Shown piece after piece: positions 17,879 to 27,600 of a stretch of DNA of 64,000 bases. The notes below the pieces were generated by a model, which worked only from the letters and a program-made list of their open reading frames with translations, did not search any database and was not told the DNA's origin. Origin of the DNA: a virus (Duplodnaviria > Caudoviricetes); IMG/VR virus record IMGVR_UViG_3300025679_000005; one strand, given 5' to 3'. Position 1 is the stretch's first letter. Every line of letters begins with the position of its first letter. Position numbers and translations under genes: made by a program.

Positions 17879-18298
17879 ATGAACCGGCTCGATACAGCAA
17901 CCCGCGCCCGCGTGATCTCGTGCTTGGTCGAGGGCTGCTCGCTGCGCTCCACGTGCCGCATGACGGGCGTGGCCATGAACACGGTTCTGAAGCTCTTGAC
18001 CGAGCTTGGCGCGGCCTGCGATGCGTTCCAGGACGGGGCGCTCCGCGGGCTGTCTACGAAGCGCGTGCAGGCTGACGAAATCTGGTCGTTCTGCTACGCC
18101 AAAGAGAAGAACGTCCCGGCTCGACTCAAGGACACGCCCGGCGTCGGCTCAATCTGGACCTGGACCGCGATCGACGCGGATACCAAGCTCATGATCACCT
18201 GGTACATCGGCGCCCGCGATGCCTACTGCGCCAACCATTTCATGCTAGATTTGGCGGCCCGCGTGGACGGCCGGATCCAGCTGACCACCCTCTTCTGA
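17879..18298 (+). mobile_element. IS1-family transposase, 3'-truncated
   Basis: MNRLDTATRARVISCLVEGCSLRSTCRMTGVAMNTVLKLL HTH; QADEIWSF first catalytic Asp; WTWTAIDADTKL. Breaks at QLTT before the expected DG (second Asp). Confidence 0.85.
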
Positions 18299-18552
18299 GA
18301 ACGCTCCTACTGGTGGCCAGGGCCCTTCAGACAAGCAGGTCAACTACATTTGGTTCTTGGCTTCCAGAATCAAGACGAAGGACCAATGGGCACCCTATGC
18401 CTCCAAGTTCCCGAGCTTGCCTTTCCCTTTCACGAAGGATGGCCTTCGGCGGCTGACCGGTCGACAGGCGAGCTACTTGATTGACCTGCTGAAAAATGGC
18501 GGGGGGTGGCGGCGGCCCACGGTACGCGGATCAGGACTACGACCGATCCTAA
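18288..18552 (+). pseudogene. 3' part of a phage-type gene lacking its start, with a +1 G in a G6 run
   Basis: PSDKQVNYIWFL...LTGRQASYLIDLLK. Removing one G at 18501-18506 gives NGGGGGGPRYADQDYDRS* (stop 18550-18552). Confidence 0.55.
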
Positions 18553-18554
18553 TT

Positions 18555-18564
18555 GGTGTAGACT
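18555..18564 (+). promoter_or_regulatory. GGTG-TAGACT extended -10-like element, probably leaderless
   Basis: Ends 6 nt before GTG 18571. Confidence 0.45.
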
Positions 18565-18570
18565 GTGTAG

Positions 18571-19407
18571 GTGGAAGAAATACAGCTCAAAGTCGTCCTA
18601 GACCCGGCCATAGGGTCAGTCGTCAAGTCGGTAGTGGCTTTTGGGGATTTCACTACCGAGGATGAGACTATTGAGACGGCTATTTACAACCCACTGGAAC
18701 TACCCAGGTTCTTTAGGGACCTGATTTTGGGACGGCCCCTACCCTTGGAATTTGTATCTAAGGGGATCCCCAATTTAGGGGTCTTCGTGGCAATGGCCCT
18801 ATTCCTCAGACGGGAGTTGGCTATTCATCCTGCAATGCCAGGGCTGATTGCGGCAGTCGACCTAGTGGACAATTACGGCGTGAGCGGGCTGGCCCACGTC
18901 GATCGAGACTTGGCACGCTTTTTTCGAGTCCTGAAGTCGTTTCTGTCTGAGATCCCAAAGGGAGCGTCCCAGATCAAGTTGGATACTGCCTTGGGATGGC
19001 TGGCTGAATACATAGATCGAGGCTCTCTGCCTGCTTTGATCCCGGACGAGCCTCAACCCTCAATCATCGATCGTGGGACTAACGGTTTCGTGCTGGCTGA
19101 AATACAACGCTGGAGCTGGCCGTCCCTAGAATTTGGCTGGGAGGAGCTGTACCGAGAGGGATACCTACGGGGAGCCACCTTCAGTCCAATGCACAAGGAT
19201 ACCCAGCGGAGATTGGTGCTAGGGGCTCGTAAAAGCCTGTATTTGTCCTTGGACCTGAACAAGGCGGCCTCGGCCCTCAATGAGGCAGAGGACAGCATTG
19301 GGGAGCCTGCTGAGTGGTCCTGTGAGAAGGGGCTGTGGTTGAAGTCCCCACCGGAAGGGACTTTGATCCCTATTTCGGCCTTGACGCAACTTCTAGTCCG
19401 ACTGTAG
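18571..19407 (+). CDS. Hypothetical protein (weak resemblance to a degenerate DHH-family fold)
   Basis: 278-aa ORF with phage-like codon usage; AAVDLVDNYG segment. No intact DHH motif. Confidence 0.5.
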   Translation: MEEIQLKVVLDPAIGSVVKSVVAFGDFTTEDETIETAIYNPLELPRFFRDLILGRPLPLEFVSKGIPNLGVFVAMALFLRRELAIHPAMPGLIAAVDLVDNYGVSGLAHVDRDLARFFRVLKSFLSEIPKGASQIKLDTALGWLAEYIDRGSLPALIPDEPQPSIIDRGTNGFVLAEIQRWSWPSLEFGWEELYREGYLRGATFSPMHKDTQRRLVLGARKSLYLSLDLNKAASALNEAEDSIGEPAEWSCEKGLWLKSPPEGTLIPISALTQLLVRL

Positions 19408-19444
19408 TCTTAAATTTCGGCGTCCCAAGCCGTTCTATAGGGAC

Positions 19445-19574
19445 ATGGAACAGTTGGTCGAAAAGGTCAGTGTCGAAGAGTTCGGGGAAGACCCACGGCC
19501 ATGTCTTTGGTTGGTGGGTAGAAACCCAAGAAATTCCTGATGTTGATCTGGACGAAGACGACTTTCCGTTCTGA
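19445..19574 (+). pseudogene. Small acidic ORF broken by +1 C in a CCC run (or a sequencing error)
   Basis: GGGG RBS and ATG 19445. Removing one C at 19492-19494 gives MEQLVEKVSVEEFGEDHGHVFGWWVETQEIPDVDLDEDDFPF*. Confidence 0.45.
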
Positions 19575-19659
19575 TTGGTGTAAGATGCTCAATCACCCAC
19601 ACAGGGGTTCAAATACTGTGACTGACCTCCAATAGAGCTTTCGTGCCCTACCCTAGGTA

Positions 19660-20505
19660 GTGTCTACACGAACGACTGTGACCATTGGTAGCGATGGCGT
19701 TACCGATTGGATCAAAACAGAAGGACAGCGCTTCAATTTGGGCCCGGTATCAGCCCTACGGCTGGTTTCTGGGCTTGTGCCTCGCAGTCAAGCCAAGAGA
19801 GTCCTGGACACCTTCCTGTCTGGGAAAGAGGCCCAATTGTCCGTCGACCCCGACAAGATGTGGACGCTATTGGCCCCACATAGGGCTCGTTGGTCTGCGG
19901 ACGTTAGTTCTTCTATCATTACCCCACTCTTGAGGGGCCATAGTCTCAGCGTACTGAGCAATCTGGATATCTCTACACCAAAGTCCGGCATAGCCACAAG
20001 GAATCCTATCATGAGCACGATTTTTGAAGACCTGACAGCCCTCGAAACCCACATGGCCGCCCTCAAGGAAGCCGGAGCCAAGAAGGCTTCGAACCTCCAG
20101 GACGGAATCAAGCTCTTGTTCAAGCTGGCCGGCAAGATCAAGTCGCCGAATCAGAGCAAAAACCAAACTTACTACAATTTGGGTGCTCCCCAGGTTCACG
20201 AAGTCGGCGACAAAGCCGCTTCCGAGGGCACTGGGTTGTCGTTCGACACCTACCAAGCGAACACGGAATTGGCCACAGCCATCATTGCCCAGTCGGAAGA
20301 GACTTCGCAGAAGATTGCCAAGCTCGCCAAGTCGGGTCGCAAATTCAACGCTTCCAAGGCGCAGTCTGATGTGAAGTCCGTTGCCGACAAGGTAGCTGGC
20401 ATCCTCAAGGCCGACCTCACTGCTGGCTGGGTGAAAGCAGACCTCACCAAACTCGCCGCTCGCGCCGAAGAACTCCACGGTCTGTTCGCAGCCGCCAAGG
20501 TCTGA
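19660..20505 (+). CDS. Hypothetical protein, Ala/Lys-rich helical C-half
   Basis: 281-aa ORF; possible internal start at MSTIFEDL. Confidence 0.6.
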   Translation: MSTRTTVTIGSDGVTDWIKTEGQRFNLGPVSALRLVSGLVPRSQAKRVLDTFLSGKEAQLSVDPDKMWTLLAPHRARWSADVSSSIITPLLRGHSLSVLSNLDISTPKSGIATRNPIMSTIFEDLTALETHMAALKEAGAKKASNLQDGIKLLFKLAGKIKSPNQSKNQTYYNLGAPQVHEVGDKAASEGTGLSFDTYQANTELATAIIAQSEETSQKIAKLAKSGRKFNASKAQSDVKSVADKVAGILKADLTAGWVKADLTKLAARAEELHGLFAAAKV

Positions 20506-20524
20506 TAGCCTATCCCAAAACCAG

Positions 20525-21334
20525 ATGAAGACTTGCGAAGACTGCCTGAAGGAGAAGTCCGAGAAGGACGACTTCTATCGCCACCCTAGGACTGGTGCGG
20601 CATCGATTTGCAAGTCTTGCACTATGATCGCTCAAAGTCTTCGTAAGAAAGACCCAGTAGCGTATGAGGCTTTGAAAGTCGAACGTCGAAGGCGCCGTCG
20701 GCTTGTGCTGATACCAGACCACAAGGTCTGCCCTAAGTGTGATGTCGACAAGGCTCTTACGGACTTCCGAGTGAAGGCCAGGGGGCTGTATGGACGATCC
20801 AGTTGGTGTCTTGAGTGCGAGGGCAAAGCTAGTAAGGCCTATGTTAATGGGCCTCAACGTGAAGAGATTCTTGAGCGTAGACGAGATCAGTGGGCTTCGA
20901 CCTCACGTTCAAACGAACAAAAGCGTGAAGCAGCGGAGCGAGCTAGGAGCTGGTACCGAACCAATCAGAAGCGTCATCGGCAATCAAATGCTCTTTGGAT
21001 TGCTGCTAATCCGATAGCTTTCCGAAAGATCCAGAAGCGTTATCAGGTTAAGAGTCCTGGATGGACACGCCGTGCAGCCTATATGGCTCGTGTCGAAAAA
21101 ACGTTGACTGCGCCTGAGTGGTTGAGGATCCTTGAATGGTTCGATCATAAGTGTGCCTACTGTTTCGCTGAAACTAAGCTCACAATGGACCACGTGATCC
21201 CTGTATCAAAGGGTGGCCCGCATACGGCAGAGAACGTTGTACCAGCTTGTAAGTCTTGCAACAGTACTAAGCACGCTAGACCTATTTGGGTCATGCTGAA
21301 TGTGAAGGAGATTAGTCATGGGCAAACCATCTGA
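20525..21334 (+). CDS. HNH homing endonuclease with N-terminal CxxC fingers
   Basis: CAYC...TMDHVIPVSKGGPHTAENVVPACKSCNSTK; MKTCEDC and KVCPKC fingers. Confidence 0.9.
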   Translation: MKTCEDCLKEKSEKDDFYRHPRTGAASICKSCTMIAQSLRKKDPVAYEALKVERRRRRRLVLIPDHKVCPKCDVDKALTDFRVKARGLYGRSSWCLECEGKASKAYVNGPQREEILERRRDQWASTSRSNEQKREAAERARSWYRTNQKRHRQSNALWIAANPIAFRKIQKRYQVKSPGWTRRAAYMARVEKTLTAPEWLRILEWFDHKCAYCFAETKLTMDHVIPVSKGGPHTAENVVPACKSCNSTKHARPIWVMLNVKEISHGQTI

Positions 21335-22040
21335 CAGCACAAACTACATATATCGCCAAGGGACAGCACCTTCCACTCGTGCTGCAATTTCGCAAAAAAA
21401 CAAGGTCTTTTCATTCATGGTGGGAATGAAAGAGTTCCGTCAGATCGGTGCTCTTTCGGAGTTCGGTCAAGACGAGTCCCGTACCATCGATCCGGTACGT
21501 GGCGTCGGCTTCGGTGATCAGGTTGCCGAACTAGTGCCGTCGGTGACTGAGCCGATGACACTGACCGTGAACAAGACCCTCCTCTACGCGGTGGATGTGT
21601 TCCAAGCTGTCGGCTACCGTGGCGGCGTGAGCGGCCTCGTGCGCTCGCTCAAGCACCACCGTTGGCCCTTCGACATCAAGCAAGAGATGGTCATCTCGGA
21701 GATTGCTTCGAGCCAAGACCTCGATGGTGTCACCGTTTCGGCTGCTCCGAATGCATCTGTTCAGGCGAACGGAGATCAGTTCCTGACTCCAATTCGTGCC
21801 CTCTTCACCTTCTTCGAAGGTTGCTGGATCAACAGCTACTCGAAGAGCACGACTTCGGATGCGGCTATCATCGCAGAGAACTCAAGCGTGACTGTGACCG
21901 ACATCATCGACGGTCGCAGCCAATACGGCGAGTTCGTTGACACCGGTCTGTCGCCGGTTCAAGCGAATGGTACGGCAGGTGCTGGATACTCCCTCCGCTT
22001 CGCTGGCAACAGCGCGTCGGTCGGCACGCCGAACCACTGA
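21318..22040 (+). CDS. Tail tube protein
   Basis: AAGGAG RBS; RTIDPVRGVGFGDQVAELVP, WPFDIKQE, FFEGCWINSYS; lies between sheath and chaperone/TMP genes. Confidence 0.8.
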   Translation: MGKPSDSTNYIYRQGTAPSTRAAISQKNKVFSFMVGMKEFRQIGALSEFGQDESRTIDPVRGVGFGDQVAELVPSVTEPMTLTVNKTLLYAVDVFQAVGYRGGVSGLVRSLKHHRWPFDIKQEMVISEIASSQDLDGVTVSAAPNASVQANGDQFLTPIRALFTFFEGCWINSYSKSTTSDAAIIAENSSVTVTDIIDGRSQYGEFVDTGLSPVQANGTAGAGYSLRFAGNSASVGTPNH

Positions 22041-22067
22041 TACTAAGCGCCTTCAAGGCGTCGAAGA

Positions 22068-22107
22068 AGAGAGCCTCTTAGGTAACAGGCCTAAGAGGCT
22101 TCTCTTT
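22068..22107 (+). terminator. Intrinsic terminator-like hairpin after tube gene
   Basis: Perfect 11-bp stem AGCCTCTTAGG (22072-22082) / CCTAAGAGGCT (22090-22100) with 7-nt loop, followed by TCTCTTT. Confidence 0.65.
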
Positions 22108-22136
22108 GGAATACACCCAAATTAAAGGAGATAAAT

Positions 22137-23354
22137 ATGGCAACACTGAAAGCGAAGAGGCTTCAAGGCGCCCTTCAAAAGGCACGGAATGTAGGGCGAG
22201 TTGAGGAGGCGGTCACCATTGATGGCTGTGCCCTAGTCCTTCAAAATCTGGCCCCTGAGGACTACGACCTGATCACTCAGGAGACAGCAGACCTCGACGG
22301 TGCGGAGTATTTGCATGCCTACCAGATCGCTCACGTGAGTAGGTCTGTAGTTGAGATCGAAGGGGTTGATCTTCGAGATGTCCAGTTCGTTGAAGATGAT
22401 GTGCCGACTGGCGCGTACCTTCTCTCAGCTACTGTCAGCAATGAAGTTAAGGCCAATAAGGCTCGTGACGTTTTGGCTGAAGTCGGCATCAAATTGACAG
22501 TAGAGCCTCCAGAAGAGGGAGGCGAAGTCAAGACCGTCAAGCTTGAAAAAGCTGAGTGGATGAGGCAGCGAGTGGCTTCTTGGGGTAGGGAAGCTCTGCT
22601 TGTCGCCTATCGAAAGTACGCTGAGCTTGTCGTCAAGGCTGAAGTCAAGGCAAAAGAGGGCGTTAAGTTCCAGATGCTGGATGAGAGCGCGGAGGAGAAG
22701 TTCCGCCGCCTTCTGGCCGAAGCCAAGGAACTAGAGAGCGACTTGCCTGACGACATGATTCGAAAGATTTTGGACGATGTCGGGTATTCACCACTGTCCA
22801 CTGAAGCTGAGCTGGATCAGATCAAGGAGAACGCCCGGGTCTTCGCTGAGCAACAGGCCGCTCGGGTTCAAGCTGCCGAACAGGCTCAAGAGCAAGAAGA
22901 GGAGGCACTCTTGGAGGCTCTTCCGCTGCGTGAGGGGAGGGCATTGCCTCCAGAGCTTCAACCAGACCCTGAGGTTGCTATGAGGGCTGCAGGGTCTTCT
23001 AGACAGGCAGCGGCGGAACTGATGAAGAGTCGTCAGCCCATGAACCAGGGAGGCTTCACGGCTCCAGTCCCAGTGGTGTCAAAGTCTGATTCCGTCAGAG
23101 CACCTTCTCAAATACGAGATGCCGCGACTACGGTAGCTTCTGACAGGGCTACGGAAATAGCGGCTCTGGAAGCACAACTGGATCCTAGTTTATTGGGTGC
23201 CGTGGAAGAGCAGCGAGTGGCTCAATTGACCAAAGGCGTAGCTGAACTGAACCGTCCCCAGGCAGCGGTTGATGGCAAAGGCGTGAAGACTATACTCAAT
23301 CAGCCCCCAACTGTAGGCCTCAATCCGAAGTACCGCCCAATTCCGAGGGGTTAA
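22137..23354 (+). CDS. Tail assembly chaperone-like protein 1
   Basis: Strong AAGGAG RBS; position between tube and TMP; acidic helical. Confidence 0.5.
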   Translation: MATLKAKRLQGALQKARNVGRVEEAVTIDGCALVLQNLAPEDYDLITQETADLDGAEYLHAYQIAHVSRSVVEIEGVDLRDVQFVEDDVPTGAYLLSATVSNEVKANKARDVLAEVGIKLTVEPPEEGGEVKTVKLEKAEWMRQRVASWGREALLVAYRKYAELVVKAEVKAKEGVKFQMLDESAEEKFRRLLAEAKELESDLPDDMIRKILDDVGYSPLSTEAELDQIKENARVFAEQQAARVQAAEQAQEQEEEALLEALPLREGRALPPELQPDPEVAMRAAGSSRQAAAELMKSRQPMNQGGFTAPVPVVSKSDSVRAPSQIRDAATTVASDRATEIAALEAQLDPSLLGAVEEQRVAQLTKGVAELNRPQAAVDGKGVKTILNQPPTVGLNPKYRPIPRG

Positions 23355-23357
23355 TCT

Positions 23358-24617
23358 ATGGCCGATCCCGATTACGATCAGGATCAGGACCGCCTCCGAG
23401 GACAGTTTGAAGGGGAAGCAGATGACCTCCATGTGGATTCCTTCAAGATCCCAGAGGTCAATCCGGAGATCTACAAGGATGTGGAACCCCTCTTATTCAA
23501 GGGGTTCCTGCACATGCCTGGCGAGATCAATGAGGTACAATTCATATTCAAGTCCCTGAATCAGCACGAATTCTCGATGCTGAACCTCATGAACCCTAAA
23601 GAGGCCGTCAGTCACAAGGCTGTAAATCGATTTTACTCGATGTTTCTGGCATATGGGGTGTTCATGTTGGGGCATGACAACATCCTAGTGGATCGCGACC
23701 GGTGGCTACCGCAGCTCATCGACTTCTTCGACACCATGGAAGATGGCCCTAAAAAGAAGGTGATACGCTACCTCAGCGAGATCAATCGTCGAGCCAATCA
23801 GGCTACGATTTTGACCGAAGCCTTCTGTTTAGACACCATTTCCAGGTTACGGTGGGCTCAGCTCAAGGGGGCTGACCTGACATCCACCTCGGTCACTGGG
23901 ATTCAGGGTTCTTCTAGTCTGGGGATGAACTGGGCCCAGCTCACCTGGAGAGCGGTCAATCACTACGCCGACCTCAAGGAGGGGGCTGAAAGGGAGTGGG
24001 AAAACGCCAAATTCGTGGCATCCGCCATGGCTGGGAAGGGCATGACCAAGATCCACAACCAGGACCGGCGGAGGCGCGAGCAGGAACAGACCGATCAGCT
24101 CGAACGACGAGACAGGATCATTCGTTTCGCACTTCTAGGTGAGTCCATGGATCAAGCCGGCACCCAGGTAGGGGCAATCAAGGTTGCTCGTACGGTAGAA
24201 GAATTGCAGGCCCAGCTCCACAAGGATCTTAGTGGTGAGAAGGACATGCACGATATGGTGGTTGAAGCCTACGAGAATCGAGTGAAGGAGCAGAGCCGTC
24301 AACGGGAGGCCCACATTCGTGAGATGCAGCAGAGCTATGACGACCAGTACGGTACACAGAACATCTCTGGTGGAACTAACATCAAGGACGGGCTCACTTC
24401 GGATGAGGTTAAGTTTCAGATTGACCGCCGCCGCCAGCTTCTAGCCCAACGCCTTTCGTCACAACAGGTCTACCCGGAACTACTGGACCCTAAGGCAGCC
24501 GACTTTACGGACAAGTGGGGGAATGCCAAGTCTATGTCTAATCGGGACCCTGCCGAAGTACCTTTATTGTCGACGGCTACCCGAACTCCGGGCGTGCCAT
24601 TTGGCAGGAAGAAGTGA
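23358..24617 (+). CDS. Tail assembly chaperone-like protein 2
   Basis: Directly precedes TMP; helical with charged coiled coils. Confidence 0.45.
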   Translation: MADPDYDQDQDRLRGQFEGEADDLHVDSFKIPEVNPEIYKDVEPLLFKGFLHMPGEINEVQFIFKSLNQHEFSMLNLMNPKEAVSHKAVNRFYSMFLAYGVFMLGHDNILVDRDRWLPQLIDFFDTMEDGPKKKVIRYLSEINRRANQATILTEAFCLDTISRLRWAQLKGADLTSTSVTGIQGSSSLGMNWAQLTWRAVNHYADLKEGAEREWENAKFVASAMAGKGMTKIHNQDRRRREQEQTDQLERRDRIIRFALLGESMDQAGTQVGAIKVARTVEELQAQLHKDLSGEKDMHDMVVEAYENRVKEQSRQREAHIREMQQSYDDQYGTQNISGGTNIKDGLTSDEVKFQIDRRRQLLAQRLSSQQVYPELLDPKAADFTDKWGNAKSMSNRDPAEVPLLSTATRTPGVPFGRKK

Positions 24618-24623
24618 TGACCC

Positions 24624-27600
24624 ATGGCTGACAACAAGAACAAAGAGATCCTAGAGATCGGGGTTGATACCAAGGGAGCGATCACCGACTTCTCCAAGTT
24701 CGAGCGTGCACTCACTGTAGCGATGAAGGGCATTGGGGATGCCGTCGAAGCTATGGGCAAAAAGAACGAGGATGTCACCAAGCAGGCTCAGAAGGACACA
24801 CGGCTATGGACAGACAATCTCGATGACCTGAAGAAAGCCTACAAGTCCGAGGGTGATGAAATCACCAAGATGGAAGCGATGATGACGGCCCTCAGCAAGA
24901 AGGCCAACAAGGCTAGCGCAGAAGAGGTCGCCAACATTGAGGAGCAGGTCGAGCAACTCAAGAAGATGCGCTCTGAGAAGGCTAAGGGCCTTAAGGGCCG
25001 AGCCGCGAACGACGAGAAGTTCTCGAAGGGCAAGGAAAGCGTTCGGGAGGAAGCTAAGGAGGCATTCAAGGCCTTCTTTCACAAGGACTTCAAAAAGCTG
25101 GCCGAATCGGGGATGAAGACTCTTGTCAAGAGTCTGAAGTTAGCGTCAGTGGGCGGGAAGTCGTTTCGTGATAAGGGGATGGAACTACAGAACAGGGGGT
25201 CTGCAAGGGGAGGGCTCTCTGGCAAGGCTATGAGTGCTGCCGGTTCTGCTTTGAAGGGTGTTGGCGCTGGAGCAAGTAAGGTGGGCGAGCTAGTAGAGGG
25301 GTTGTCCAAGCTGGGCCCAATACTAGGCTTGGTAGGAACGGCTGTGATGGGCATTGTCGCCCTGTTCCTGGACTTGGACGCGAAGTCTAAAGCCTTCAAT
25401 GCTGACATCATGAAGACGGCCAGCAATGCCGAATTCCTGGCAGCTTCTGGCGGTGATGTCGACGGCGCCTTTGACCACGTGAAGTCTACCTTGACGGGTA
25501 TTCGCAAAGCCGCCATATCGTTCGACAACATCAAGTGGGGCATCAGCCCTGAAGAGCACACAGCCATTGTGAACGTCTTGAATCAAGAGGGCGTCAGCCT
25601 CCAGACGATTGAGCGCAGCGCAATCGACGCAGCTAAGGCCAACAAGACCTACACGGAATCGTTTGAAGGCAACACGAAAGCGGTCGAGGACTTCCAGACC
25701 GAGTTGGCCCACGTTTCAGTGGCGTACTCACGTGCCTTCGGCGTGCCCCTCCAGGCGATCAATCAGCTCCAAGGTGAGATGTTCAAGGAGATGGGCGTTT
25801 CCTTGGAGCACACGGGCAAAGCCTTCGAGGAGATGTACAAGGAGGCTTCCAAGTCTGATATCGCGGTGGGCACCTTCTTCGACATGATCCGAGGGGTGAG
25901 TTCTGACTTGTCCTTGTGGACGACTCGCATGGACTCTGCTGTGAAGTTGCTGGGGAAACTAGGCACTGCGATGAGCCCCAGGAATGCCAGCAAGTTCATG
26001 GCTACGTTGATACAAGGAAACAAGGGGAAGAATCAGGTAGACTTAGTACAGCAGACTATGATGGTGGGTATCGAAGAAACACGAAAGTTGAACGCCCAGA
26101 GCATCAAGAGATCAGAGAAAGCGCTCGCAAAGACCTTGAAGTTAGGGGACAGAGACATCAACACTATGAGTGAGGACGAGCTGGAGGACGCCGTCAAGGC
26201 GCTCGACCCTAAGCAGCGGGGGGAGGCTAGAGGCGCCCTCTATCAGCGGAAAATCATGAAGGCCCAGAATGCTACTAAGGGCGCTGTAGGAGTGGCGAAC
26301 GCCTCTGGTAATATGGATACGACCGCGGTTCTTCAGTCTAATTACGACCGCTTGTTAAAATTGTCGAATGCGAAAAATCTGACAGAAGCCATGAGTAAGG
26401 GTGGCTTAGGGCTGTACGCTCAGGCTAACAATGGACAGGGGTTCTCAAACGACACGGTAATGGATTTCGGCAAGCTTGAGAACTCAGCGGAAATGCAGCG
26501 CAAGATGCTCAAGAAGAAGCTGACATCGTCAGATAAAAATGATCAGAATGAGGCCAAAGAGTCTCTTAAATCGGCGGGCATCGAAGCCGATAGTCTCGAA
26601 GGTCTGATCGAGAAAGTGAATAAAGCTGGCGTGGGGGATCTGACTAACACCTTGAACGAGATCGATCAAGACAAGCCCGACAAGACTGATCAGCAGAATA
26701 TCTTGGACGCTGCCCTCAAGCAGAATGACCTGACTCAGTCCTGGCAGAAGAAGTTCGACATGTTCGTCGACTGGGCCATGAATTCGTTGTTCCAGGTGTT
26801 GTTGGACATCTACGAACTCTTAGCCCATTCGAAGTTGTTTGGGACCGGCGAGATGGGGGCTAAGGCCGATGTCGCGGCAGCGAAGTCGCCTGAACTGACT
26901 AAGATCATGCAGGAATCGGCAGGGGTTAACGCCGATTTCCAAAAGGCTCTGTTCAAGCAGGGGTCGACCTTCAGTGTCAGCCTATTGAAGGCGTTAAAGG
27001 GGGACAAAAAAGGAGACGTGGAAGAACAGATTTCCGAAGGCTTTAAGCGTAACGGCACTTCAGACATGGTCACTTCGGCGGCTGAGGGCGCCGGTTTAGA
27101 CGATAAGACTATCGAGCGACTCAGTGAAGCGACTCTTGACCAAATAGACCTAGTTGACAAACTTAAGAACCTCAATATAGATGACGATAAGAGAGCGGCA
27201 TTCATGCATCAGATAGCTGGCATGTTGAGCCCAACGGAGTTGCCCAAGCTGTTCAGTAAAGTTGTGGTGCCGGCAGCTGACGCTAACGCGGACGCCCAGG
27301 CAAGCACTGGCGGGGGCCTACCTTCCTCATGGGACGCGGCACCTGCATCGTCTGGCTACGGTCCTCCAGCTCCCTCAGCCCAGCAAGCCCCCTCTTCAGC
27401 GGCTCCGGCAGCGACCGCGGCCAAGGCAGCGGAGACGGCTACGGACTCGCTTAGCATGTCTACAGAACAGACTAAGACCCTGAGGTCTATCGACAATCAG
27501 ATGGACAAGTTCAAGATGGATACCACCTTCCTTAAGGGTCCTTACAAGGATACCATGGGAGACAGCGTTCTCAAGGCGGTGCGTACGGCGTTGTTCGAGT

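Noticed and set aside
23300-23360. Programmed -1 frameshift between the two tail chaperone-like genes
   Set aside because: No XXXYYYZ slippery heptamer was seen near the first stop, and the second gene has its own ATG 3 nt later.
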